Assembly (NCBI GenBank): GCA_944383905.1
Contig: CALWRI010000010.1
Span: forward strand, 1,589-65,588
Direction of reading: 5' to 3'
Origin: an uncultured Christensenellaceae bacterium
GTDB taxonomy: Bacteria > Bacillota > Clostridia > Christensenellales > UBA3700
Length of the DNA: 64,000 nucleotides
Of this stretch, positions 42,177 through 51,459 are shown piece after piece. The position numbers and the translations under genes are program-made. The notes beneath the pieces were generated by a model, which was given only the letters and a program-made list of their open reading frames with translations, was not told where the DNA came from and ran no database searches. Position 1 is the stretch's first letter. Each line of letters opens with the position of its first letter.

Positions 42177-43760
42177 TTATTTCTTTGCAGCCGCTTTTGC
42201 AGCTTCTTTCTTCGCGCGGTACTCTGCGACCTGCTCCTCCATCGGAACGGTGCGCTCTTTGACCAGCTTGAATACGTCTTCGAAACGGTTGAGCGCTTCG
42301 TCGATGATCTCGTCCGTATCCGCCATAGAAGTGTACAGACGGCTGCCCGCGAGAGTGACTATGCCGTGAGACATATATGCCGCGCCCATGTGCTCCATAG
42401 CTTCCTTTCTGACCATGATCATGTCTTTCTTTTTGAGGACCTTGAGCAGGTTGAGAATGTTCATCGACGAGAAGTCGTAGCTCATTGCGCCCGTGCACTC
42501 GAGGTGAACGATAGAGCCCTGGTTGTACGCGACGTAAGGCAGCTTGTAAGCCTCGATGAGTCTGACGAGACCGTCGGTGAGCCTGTTGCCCGCGAGACCT
42601 GCCTTGACGCAGGCGTCGTTCTTTGCGATCTCCTTGATCGCGACGTAACCTGCCATAGCGGACAGCGGGTTTGCCGCAAGCGTGCCACCGACGTACGCCT
42701 TTTTAGCGCCGCCCGCAACGCCTGCCGCCATAAGGTTGACAAGCTCTCTCTTGCCGCCTACGCCGCCCGCCGCGGGATAACCGCCCGCAACGATCTTGCC
42801 GAAGACGGTGAGGTCGGGTTTGACGTTGAACAGTCCCTGCGCGCCGCCGAGACCTACTCTGAAGCCGGTGACGACTTCGTCGAATATGAACAGACAGCCG
42901 TACTTGTCGCACAGCGCTCTGACTTTTGCGTTGTAATCGAAATCTACGGGTCTCGTGCCGGATTCGGGTCCTACGGGCTCGACGATCACGGCAGCCGTGC
43001 CGCCTCTCATCTTGTTGAGTTTGAGGTATGCTTCAAGCATCTCGCAGTCGTTGGGTCTTACTTCGTCGACGACGGAGAAGATGTTGTTGGGGATACCGTG
43101 AGACTCGAGGAACTGTCTGGTGCCCGGAACTTTGAGACCGTAAACCATCTGGTCGGACCAGCCGTGATAAGCGCCGCCGATCTTGATGATCCTCTTTTTC
43201 TTGGTCGCGCATCTCGCGATACGGATAGCCGCCATGACGGATTCTGTACCGCTGCCCAGCATACGGAATTTTTCGACGTTGGGCATATGCTTGTTTATCT
43301 CTTTGGCGATCAGAAGTTCGGCTTCATGGAAAAGACCTGTGACGGGTCCGCATTCCTTGATAAGTTTGATCGCCTCGTCTCTTACCGCGGGGAAATTGCT
43401 GCCCAGAATGGTCGGACCGCCCGCTTGCAGGAAGTCGATGTACTTGTTGCCGTCAATGTCGGTCAGATACGCGCCTTCCGCTTTGACCATGCACATCGGG
43501 AACGGCTTGTTGAACGCGAGATTGTGCTGCACGCCGCCGGGGATGTACTCTTTCGCTTCTGCGGTGATGGCCTTGGACTTTGCGCACTTTTTGTCGTAAT
43601 ACTCGGATACGATTTTGTCGTACTCGTCCTTGGGCACGCTGTAGATGTTGGCGTCGGTAAGCTCTTTGAGGCTTGCGTTGATTTCCTGTGCGTTCGCCCA
43701 TCTGGTGACGCCGTAGCCTGCTTCCTGCTTACCTTTGAGTTCTGTATATGTAACCTTCAT
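42177..43760 (-). CDS. Class III PLP aminotransferase (HemL/GSA-aminomutase-like)
   Basis: DIDGNKYID, SGTESVMAAIR, YHGWSD, FDEVVTGFR, FGKIVAGG. Confidence 0.88.
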   Translation of the reverse strand: MKVTYTELKGKQEAGYGVTRWANAQEINASLKELTDANIYSVPKDEYDKIVSEYYDKKCAKSKAITAEAKEYIPGGVQHNLAFNKPFPMCMVKAEGAYLTDIDGNKYIDFLQAGGPTILGSNFPAVRDEAIKLIKECGPVTGLFHEAELLIAKEINKHMPNVEKFRMLGSGTESVMAAIRIARCATKKKRIIKIGGAYHGWSDQMVYGLKVPGTRQFLESHGIPNNIFSVVDEVRPNDCEMLEAYLKLNKMRGGTAAVIVEPVGPESGTRPVDFDYNAKVRALCDKYGCLFIFDEVVTGFRVGLGGAQGLFNVKPDLTVFGKIVAGGYPAAGGVGGKRELVNLMAAGVAGGAKKAYVGGTLAANPLSAMAGYVAIKEIAKNDACVKAGLAGNRLTDGLVRLIEAYKLPYVAYNQGSIVHLECTGAMSYDFSSMNILNLLKVLKKKDMIMVRKEAMEHMGAAYMSHGIVTLAGSRLYTSMADTDEIIDEALNRFEDVFKLVKERTVPMEEQVAEYRAKKEAAKAAAKK

Positions 43761-44019
43761 TGTAAGACCTCCTGTTTTATACAAAATCATTATATATAGT
43801 TTAACACTTTTTTCTTATATAGTCAATCCTTAATTTTCCGAGCAGTTAACCAAATTTTGCAGGCTTTGACCTTTAGTTGTCGCGGTTTTACTATGTGAGG
43901 ATTACAATACTTTTTTATGCTTTTTGTCTGAAAACTAAAATATATTAGTTTCGACTATTTTATTGTTATCGCATAATCTCTATGATATAATAAAGTTAAT
44001 AAATTCCCGGGGAGTAAAT

Positions 44020-45291
44020 ATGGAAGAAATCAAACGACAAAACGCAAAGTACGTCGTTGACTTTGCAAAAGAAATAATCGACAAAACGGGTCCGCGTCTG
44101 CCCGCCACCCCAGAAGAAAAACTCGGTGCGGAAATGATCGCGGAAAAAATGCAACAGGCGACAGGGAGACCCTCCGTTACGGAAACTTTCGTCTGCGCTC
44201 CGAGAGCGTCGATAGCCGCGATCCCGATACTCGGCTTCATCGGCATAATAAGTTTCGGATTGTATTATATTTCGCCGATTGCCAGCCTTATCTCCACTGT
44301 TCTCGATTTTATTCTCGCAGCCGTCCAGGTATTCACCTATTCGGGCAAACTCGACTTCCTTTTCAAGAAAGGTGAATCTCAAAACGTATACAACACGGTC
44401 GAGCCTTCAAGCGGCAACACAAAACGCACGATAATGCTCGCGGGGCATATGGACAGCAGCTGGAACTGGAATCTTTCTCTCACGAATCCGAAGACGGCTA
44501 TCCTCAAAACGGTTATCGGCGTAGTCAGTATCCTCGCGCTTCTCATAATATCCTTGGTCGCGATCTGCGTAGGCAACCTGAGCTTTATGTCGATCAAAGA
44601 CCTCGCAACGGCGGAAACCTACACGGGGCTCGAAATTTTCAGAATAATACTTTACTTCCTCCCCCTGCTCTGCCTGCCCGGCTGCTATTGGTTGAGCATT
44701 TATCTGACATGGGATAAAAAGAAGGCGTCACCCGGCGCGATGGACAATCTGACCGGCTGCGGACTCGCCGTCGCGATCGCAAAGTATTACACCGAAAATC
44801 CCGACAAGGCTCCCTCCGACTGCCGCATAATCTGCATGGGCTTCGGCAGCGAAGAAGCGGGTCTCAAAGGCGCCTCGGCTTTCTGCGATAAGCACAAGGA
44901 CGACGGCTTCTTCGACGACCACACATACGTCCTCAACCTCGACTCTTTCAGGGACGCGGACTATTACAACGTCGTCAACGGCGACGTGTGGCTCAAAAGC
45001 ACTTTCGACAAAGATCTGACCGACGTCTGCTTCAAAGTTATGGAAGATATGAATCTCAATCCCAAGATCATCAAAAATCCTGCGGGCGGTTGCGATTCCA
45101 CTCCTCTGACGAGACTCGGCGTTAAAACCGTCACGCTCAACGCGCAGAATCCGACGACGACCGACTATTATCACACCGTAAAAGACACGGTCGAAAACCT
45201 AAACGAAGACGTGCTGGCAACCTCTTTCGAACTTCTCTTAAAAACAGTCGACGCGATTGCCGAATACGACGAAAAACGCAATTTGAAATAA
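44020..45291 (+). CDS. Membrane-embedded M28/M20-family metallopeptidase
   Basis: GHMDS, GAMDNLTG, SEEAGLKG, NLD, YHTVKD; several TM helices. Confidence 0.85.
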   Translation: MEEIKRQNAKYVVDFAKEIIDKTGPRLPATPEEKLGAEMIAEKMQQATGRPSVTETFVCAPRASIAAIPILGFIGIISFGLYYISPIASLISTVLDFILAAVQVFTYSGKLDFLFKKGESQNVYNTVEPSSGNTKRTIMLAGHMDSSWNWNLSLTNPKTAILKTVIGVVSILALLIISLVAICVGNLSFMSIKDLATAETYTGLEIFRIILYFLPLLCLPGCYWLSIYLTWDKKKASPGAMDNLTGCGLAVAIAKYYTENPDKAPSDCRIICMGFGSEEAGLKGASAFCDKHKDDGFFDDHTYVLNLDSFRDADYYNVVNGDVWLKSTFDKDLTDVCFKVMEDMNLNPKIIKNPAGGCDSTPLTRLGVKTVTLNAQNPTTTDYYHTVKDTVENLNEDVLATSFELLLKTVDAIAEYDEKRNLK

Positions 45292-45349
45292 TTTCCAAGA
45301 CAACAAAAAAAGACGGGGCTTTCTCCCCGTCTTTTTTTGTTGTCGTTAA

Positions 45350-45865
45350 TCAGTATTTCGTATTCTTCAACGTGAGAATATATTGCGCGTATATTCTCTC
45401 TGAAAAACAATAAAAATCCACCCTTAAGGCATAATCCTTGTTTTTCTCCTTCCAATCGGAAACCGCGTCCACAGCGATCCTGGTCGCCTTTTCAAACGGA
45501 TAACCGTAAACCCCCGTTGAGACAGAGGGAAAAGCTATGCTGCGCAGACCGTTCGCCTTTGCGAGATCGAGTGACGAGACGTAACATTTCGCAAGCATCT
45601 TCGCGTCGTCGGGCGAGCCGCTGTATATCGGTCCGACGGTGTGGATGACGTACTTTGCTTTTAGTCTGTATCCCTTTGTGATTTTTGCTTCGCCCGTCTC
45701 GCAACCGCCGAGCGCAGCGCATTCCTTTGCAAGCTCCGGCCCCGCTGCCCGATGTATGGCGCCGTCGACCCCGCCTCCGCCCGAAAGACTCTTGTTGGCG
45801 GCGTTAACGATACAGTCGCAGTCGCTTTGGGTGATGTCTCCCAACAAAACTCTGGCGTCTTTCAT
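45350..45865 (-). CDS. Macro-domain O-acetyl-ADP-ribose deacetylase (YmdB-like)
   Basis: [38 protein letters not shown]. Confidence 0.93.
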   Translation of the reverse strand: MKDARVLLGDITQSDCDCIVNAANKSLSGGGGVDGAIHRAAGPELAKECAALGGCETGEAKITKGYRLKAKYVIHTVGPIYSGSPDDAKMLAKCYVSSLDLAKANGLRSIAFPSVSTGVYGYPFEKATRIAVDAVSDWKEKNKDYALRVDFYCFSERIYAQYILTLKNTKY

Positions 45866-46105
45866 AAGCCCTCCCCGCGCGCCGCAAAGCGATACCGACG
45901 CGCGCTCTGCACTTCTATGTACTTTCAGTTTATCATTGCACTGGCTTTTTTGTCAATACCGAAGTTTTTACCCGCGTCCGAGCGATGAGATCAACGCTTT
46001 TCAAAACGTACGGCGATTATCTTATAAACCTGCTTTAACCTACACGGACAAAGAAAAAAGATCCCGCTTTTTTGCGGGATCTTCAGTTTCCTTAAACCGT
46101 CGGGG

Positions 46106-49100
46106 TCAGATCTCTATCTCGCCGTCGAACACTTTGACTGCGGTACCCGTCATGTATACGGCGTCGCCCGTATATCTTACGGTCAGATCTCCGCCGGGCT
46201 GTTTGACGGTGACGTCCTCGTCCTTGGCGCACAGTCCGTTTTCCACAGCCGCGACGACCGCAGCGCACGCACCCGTACCGCACGACCTCGTTTCGCCGCT
46301 GCCTCTCTCCCACACTCTCATCTTTATCGTGTGATCGTCGAGGACTTTGACGAATTCGGTGTTCACTCTCTCGGGGAACAGCGCGTCGGTCTCAAACGCC
46401 GCGCCGACCTTGTTCACGTCGAAGCGGTCGAGGTGTTTGAGAATTACGACGCAATGCGGGTTGCCGAGGTTTACGCAGGTTATGTCGTATACCGTGCCGT
46501 CGACGACGTGCTTCATGCCGACGATCCTGCCCTGCGCGTTCGCGGGTATCTTCGCGGCGTCGAATTCGGGAGCGCCCATGTTGACCGTGATATAAGTCGC
46601 CTCGCCCTTTTCGGTCTTGATGCTTATCTCTTTGAACCCGGAGAGCGTCTCCACCGTGAATTCGCGCTTGCGGACGATATTGTTGTCATATAGATATTTC
46701 GCGACGCACCTTATGCCGTTGCCGGACATTTCGCCTTCGGTGCCGTCGAGATTGAACATTCTCATCTTTGCGTCCGCGTTCTTCGAAGGCAATATCAGTA
46801 TCACGCCCTCTCCGCCTATACCCGTATATCTGTCGGAAAGTCTGATCGCGAGCATTTCGGGGCTGTCGATCGGGTTTTCGAGGCAGTTGAAGCAGATATA
46901 ATCGTTGCCCGCGCCGTGCATCTTAGTAAACTTTCGGAGCGTCTTGCCCTTGCGTAGCTTGTTGATGTCCACAAGCTCGGTATTGAACTCCGAATACCTG
47001 CTCATCAGGCTGTTTGCGACCGCGTTGGCAGTATCTATCGAAGTCAGGCACGGAATAGCCCTTTCGACCGCTTTGCGCCTTATCTTGACGCTGTCGCGCG
47101 TGGGCAGTTTGCCTTTGGACGACGTGGATATGATGTAGTTGACCTTTCCGCTCTCGATGAGCGTGAGGTTGTTGTTGACGTGGTTCTGGTGTATCTTGTC
47201 CACGACGATGACGTCCATGCCGAGGTCTCTTATCACCTTTGCGGTACCCGCCGTCGCGTAAAGCGTATATCCGAGGTCTTCGAACTTCTGCGCGATCTCG
47301 CCGATCTCGCTCTTGTCCTGGTCTCTGACGGTGATGAATATGCCGCCCTTTTTCTTCATCTTGTAACCCGCCGCAACGAGTCCTTTGAACAACGCCTCTT
47401 CCAGAGTGCCCGCAATGCCGAGCACTTCTCCCGTGGACTTCATTTCGGGTCCGAGTTGCGTGTCCACGTTGGTGAGTTTCTCAAACGAGAACACAGGCAC
47501 TTTGACCGCGACGTAAGGCGAATTGGGATAAAGACCCGTGCCGTAACCCATATCCTTGAGCTTTTCTCCGAGTATCGCGCGGGTCGCGAGATCCACCATC
47601 GGAACGCCGGTGACCTTGCTCAGATAAGGGATCGTGCGGCTGCTTCTCGGATTGACCTCTATGACGTAAAGCTCGTTTTTGTAGATCAGATACTGAATAT
47701 TGACGAGCCCGACCGTATGCAAAGATACCGCAAGACGTTTGGAGCAGTCGACGATGCGCTCCGTCATCTCGTCGCCGAGGTTCCATGCGGGATAGACCGC
47801 TATCGAGTCGCCCGAGTGTATGCCTGTCCTCTCGACGTGCTGCATTACGCCCGGAATGAGGATATCTTCGCCGTCGCATATCGCGTCGATCTCAAGCTCC
47901 TTTCCCATCAGGTATTTGTCGATAAGCACGGGGTTTTCAATGCCTTGTGCGAGAATAACGTCCATATATTCCTTGACGTCGTCGTCGCTGTAACATACCG
48001 TCATGTTCTGTCCGCCGAGGACGTAAGAAGGACGGAGCAGCGTCGGATAGCCTATTTCGTTGGCAACGCGGAGCGCCTCTTCTTCGGTCATGACGGTAAA
48101 GCCCTTCGGACGCTTGATATCCAGCCTTTCGAGAAGCTCGTCGAACTTCTCTCTGTCCTCCGCCATATCGATGTATTCCGCCTGCGTGCCGAGGATCCTG
48201 ATATTCTTTTCACGCAGCATCTTGGTCAGTTTGATCGCCGTCTGACCGCCGAAAGCGACGACGACGCCGTACGGCTTTTCGGTGTTGAGGATGCTCAATA
48301 CGTCTTCGTTGGTGAGCGGCTCGAAATACAGCCTGTCCGCCGTATCGAAGTCGGTCGAGACAGTCTCCGGGTTGTTGTTGACGATGACGACCTCAAAGCC
48401 TCTCTCTTTGAGCGCCCATACGCAGTGGACGGACGCGTAGTCGAATTCTATACCCTGACCTATCCTTATCGGACCGCTGCCGAACACAACGATGCGCTTT
48501 TTGTCCGTCTTGTTGTTTTCGAGAAACTCAAGCGCCTCGTTTTCGTCGTCGTAGGTCGAATAGAAATAAGGGGTCTCGGCGCTGAATTCCGCCGCGCAGG
48601 TATCGACCATCTTGTAAGAAGCGTAACGCTTGTTTTTGATCTTGTCCTTGCTGAAACTCTCGATCGTCTTGTCGAGATAACCCATCTTTTTGGCTTCGAG
48701 ATAGAGCTCGTCGGTAAGCGGCTCGCTCGCGAGACGTCTTTCCATCTTCACGAGATTCTTATATTTGTTGAGGAACCACTTGTCTATCTTGGTCTTGTTG
48801 TATATCTCGTCGACGGAGAAGTCTCTCTTGAGCGCTTCGTAAACCGCAAATATCCTCTCGTCGTCGCAGTCGTTGAGTTTTTCGGAAAGCTCGCCGTCGC
48901 TCATGGCGATGAACTTTTCGCTGTTGAGCGTATCGTGAGATATCTCCGCGCCTCTGACCGCCTTGAGTATCGCCTGCTCGAACGAAGTGCCTATGCTCAT
49001 GACCTCGCCCGTAGCCTTCATCTGCGTACCCAGCTTGCGGCTTGCGTAGAAGAACTTGTCGAAAGGCCACTTGGGGAACTTGACGACGATGTAGTCGACG

Positions 49101-50146
49101 GACGGCTCAAAGCACGCGTACGTCGTGCCCGTGACCGCGTTGAGTATCTCGTCGAGAGTGTATCCTATCGCGATCTTCGTCGCGACTTTTGCAATCGGAT
49201 AACCCGTCGCCTTCGAAGCGAGCGCGGAAGAACGCGAAACGCGCGGATTAACCTCTATGACCGCGTATTCGAAGCTGTCGGGCCTCAACGCGAACTGCAC
49301 GTTGCAACCGCCCTCAACGCCGAGCGCGTCGACTATCTTAAGCGCCGCGCTTCGCAGCATCTGGAATTCCTTTTCCGCAAGGGTCACGGTGGGAGCGACG
49401 ACTATGCTGTCGCCCGTATGCACGCCGACAGGGTCGACGTTTTCCATCGAGCATATCGTGATGCAGTTGCCCTTGCTGTCGCGCATCACCTCGAATTCTA
49501 TCTCCTTCCAGCCGCTTATGCACTTTTCGACAAGGATCTGATGTATCGGAGAACTGCGCAGACCGCCTTCCGCGATCTCCACGAACTGATCTTCGTTGTC
49601 CGCAATGCCGCCGCCCGTGCCGCCCAGCGTGAACGCGGGACGTATGATGACGGGGTATCCGATCTTTTTCGCGACTTTCTTGCCCGCCTCGAGATCGTTG
49701 ACGACTTCGGACGGAATCACGGGTTGATCGATCTCCGCAAGCGTATCCTTGAATGCCTGTCTGTCCTCCGCGCGGTCGATCGTCTCGGGATTCGCGCCGA
49801 GAAGCCTGACGCCCATCTTGTCGAGGAAGCCCTCCTTTGCGAGCTGCATCGAAAGGGTGAGTCCGTTTTGTCCGCCCATCGTGGACAGAAGACTGTCGGG
49901 GCGCTCCTTTTCGATTATTCTCTTTACCGTATTCAGAGTGAGGGGCTCGATGTATATCCTGTCCGCGACGGCGTTGTCCGTCATGATAGTCGCGGGATTG
50001 GAGTTTACGAGGACGACTTCGAGTCCGTCGGCTTTAAGCGCGCGGCACGCCTGCGTACCCGCATAATCGAATTCCGCCGCCTGTCCTATGACGATAGGAC
50101 CCGAGCCTATAACCATTACCTTGTGTATGTCTTTGTTGAGTGGCAT
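46106..50146 (-). CDS. carB: Carbamoyl-phosphate synthase large subunit fused to a C-terminal DapF-like domain
   Basis: GSGPIVIGQAAEFDY, two ATP-grasp halves and MGS domain; then FTKMHGAGNDY, GNPHCV, VNTEF, WERGSGET..CGTG. Confidence 0.95.
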   Translation of the reverse strand: MPLNKDIHKVMVIGSGPIVIGQAAEFDYAGTQACRALKADGLEVVLVNSNPATIMTDNAVADRIYIEPLTLNTVKRIIEKERPDSLLSTMGGQNGLTLSMQLAKEGFLDKMGVRLLGANPETIDRAEDRQAFKDTLAEIDQPVIPSEVVNDLEAGKKVAKKIGYPVIIRPAFTLGGTGGGIADNEDQFVEIAEGGLRSSPIHQILVEKCISGWKEIEFEVMRDSKGNCITICSMENVDPVGVHTGDSIVVAPTVTLAEKEFQMLRSAALKIVDALGVEGGCNVQFALRPDSFEYAVIEVNPRVSRSSALASKATGYPIAKVATKIAIGYTLDEILNAVTGTTYACFEPSVDYIVVKFPKWPFDKFFYASRKLGTQMKATGEVMSIGTSFEQAILKAVRGAEISHDTLNSEKFIAMSDGELSEKLNDCDDERIFAVYEALKRDFSVDEIYNKTKIDKWFLNKYKNLVKMERRLASEPLTDELYLEAKKMGYLDKTIESFSKDKIKNKRYASYKMVDTCAAEFSAETPYFYSTYDDENEALEFLENNKTDKKRIVVFGSGPIRIGQGIEFDYASVHCVWALKERGFEVVIVNNNPETVSTDFDTADRLYFEPLTNEDVLSILNTEKPYGVVVAFGGQTAIKLTKMLREKNIRILGTQAEYIDMAEDREKFDELLERLDIKRPKGFTVMTEEEALRVANEIGYPTLLRPSYVLGGQNMTVCYSDDDVKEYMDVILAQGIENPVLIDKYLMGKELEIDAICDGEDILIPGVMQHVERTGIHSGDSIAVYPAWNLGDEMTERIVDCSKRLAVSLHTVGLVNIQYLIYKNELYVIEVNPRSSRTIPYLSKVTGVPMVDLATRAILGEKLKDMGYGTGLYPNSPYVAVKVPVFSFEKLTNVDTQLGPEMKSTGEVLGIAGTLEEALFKGLVAAGYKMKKKGGIFITVRDQDKSEIGEIAQKFEDLGYTLYATAGTAKVIRDLGMDVIVVDKIHQNHVNNNLTLIESGKVNYIISTSSKGKLPTRDSVKIRRKAVERAIPCLTSIDTANAVANSLMSRYSEFNTELVDINKLRKGKTLRKFTKMHGAGNDYICFNCLENPIDSPEMLAIRLSDRYTGIGGEGVILILPSKNADAKMRMFNLDGTEGEMSGNGIRCVAKYLYDNNIVRKREFTVETLSGFKEISIKTEKGEATYITVNMGAPEFDAAKIPANAQGRIVGMKHVVDGTVYDITCVNLGNPHCVVILKHLDRFDVNKVGAAFETDALFPERVNTEFVKVLDDHTIKMRVWERGSGETRSCGTGACAAVVAAVENGLCAKDEDVTVKQPGGDLTVRYTGDAVYMTGTAVKVFDGEIEI

Positions 50147-51210
50147 TATCTTTTCTCCTCCGTTTTAGCGATAAAGTTTTCGATGATAAACTGCGTGTCG
50201 AGAGGACCGCCGCATTCTTCGGGATGGAATTGCACCGAAACCGCGCTCTTATAAGAAAGACCCTCGCAGGTGCCGTCGTTGGCGTTGACGTAAAGAAGTT
50301 TCGCGTTTGCGGGGATCGCGTTGTTGTCCACGGCGTAACCGTGATTTTGCGAAGTGATGAATATCCTGTCTCCGAAAGTCTCTTTGACGGGCTGGTTGCC
50401 GCCGCGGTGACCGTATTTGAGCTTGTAAGTCGTGCCCCCCTGCGAAAGAGCGAGTATCTGATGCCCGAGACTGACGGCAAGCATGGGTATTCCCGCTTTG
50501 AGCAGCTTGTCCGCCTGCTCCGCTTCCGTCTTGCAGTCCGCGGGATCTCCGGGGCCTCCGGAAAGGACTATGCCGTCCGGCTTTGAAGCGAGCACGTCTT
50601 CCGCCTTCGCGTCGTGCGGGAAACGGGTGACTTTGCAGCCGCGTTTTACGAATTCCGCGACGAGGTTAGCGCTTTCGCCGTAATCGACGACGGCGATATT
50701 GCCGCTTCCTTCGCCGAAAGTCTCCTTCTTTTTGCAGGAAGCGTCCGCGACCGCGCCTTTGATCCTGTATTCCCTGACTTTTTTCATCGTCGCGGCGTCG
50801 GGATCGGGATTTGAAGTGATGATACCGTTCATCACGCCGTTTTCCCTGATCGTCTTCGTCAGATGACGCGTATCCACTCCGCAGATCGCAACGACGCCGT
50901 TTTTGACCAGCATATCGCCGAATTTTCCTTTACAACGGAAGTTGGACGGATCTTCGCACAACTCGCGACAGACGTAACCCGAAAGTTTTATCGACGCAGG
51001 GTCGTAATCTTCGGGAATGTCGCCGTAATTTCCTATCAGCGGGAACGTCTGCACGACGATTTGTCCCGAATAGGTCGGATCGGCGACCGTCTCGAGGTAA
51101 CCGCCCATAGAAGTCGTGAAAACGACCTCTCCGATCACATCGCCGCGAGCGCCGACGCCGTAGCCTTCAAACTTGTCTCCGTTTTCCAGAATCAGATAAA
51201 CTTTGTCCAT
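50146..51210 (-). CDS. carA: Carbamoyl-phosphate synthase small subunit (nucleophile Cys replaced by Ser)
   Basis: GEVVFTT, PLIGNYG, DTRHLT, SGGPGDP, AVSLGHQ, SQNHGY, QFHPE. Confidence 0.95.
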   Translation of the reverse strand: MDKVYLILENGDKFEGYGVGARGDVIGEVVFTTSMGGYLETVADPTYSGQIVVQTFPLIGNYGDIPEDYDPASIKLSGYVCRELCEDPSNFRCKGKFGDMLVKNGVVAICGVDTRHLTKTIRENGVMNGIITSNPDPDAATMKKVREYRIKGAVADASCKKKETFGEGSGNIAVVDYGESANLVAEFVKRGCKVTRFPHDAKAEDVLASKPDGIVLSGGPGDPADCKTEAEQADKLLKAGIPMLAVSLGHQILALSQGGTTYKLKYGHRGGNQPVKETFGDRIFITSQNHGYAVDNNAIPANAKLLYVNANDGTCEGLSYKSAVSVQFHPEECGGPLDTQFIIENFIAKTEEKR

Positions 51211-51459
51211 AAAATTTCCTCATACCCGCAAGAGCGCGGTTTTTTAGAGCGCGTACGCGCCTGTAAATTCTTTACTAATAATATTACCATACTATTGCAC
51301 CGTCCGCAAGACATTTTTTAATTTTTTCACCGCCTTGCGCCCGCTTTTTTCACACGCGAAAAAAATATAATTTTGTGCCTTTCAACCCCTGTCAAACAAA
51401 TGACATAATCCGTGCGTTGTGCTATAATTCTATTATATTTTTTCTGCGGAGGAATTCGT

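Noticed and set aside
42177-43760. Calling the aminotransferase hemL
   Set aside because: No tetrapyrrole genes nearby and it is coupled to a sugar kinase and aldolases, so no gene symbol was given.
45350-45865. Macro domain as a Thoeris-like partner of the TIR protein
   Set aside because: It lies 11 kb away as a stand-alone canonical YmdB-like gene with no TM or SIR2 fusion.
47180-50254. 1024-aa plus-strand ORF (likewise 18898-20808, 34667-36724, 42129-43799, 56054-57766, 58779-60746)
   Set aside because: Antisense shadows of well-supported genes, expected from codon bias; no recognisable motifs or RBS.
51211-51459. PyrR attenuator or purine riboswitch between carA and purF
   Set aside because: No PyrR-binding loop or riboswitch consensus is visible; only divergent promoter-like AT tracts.
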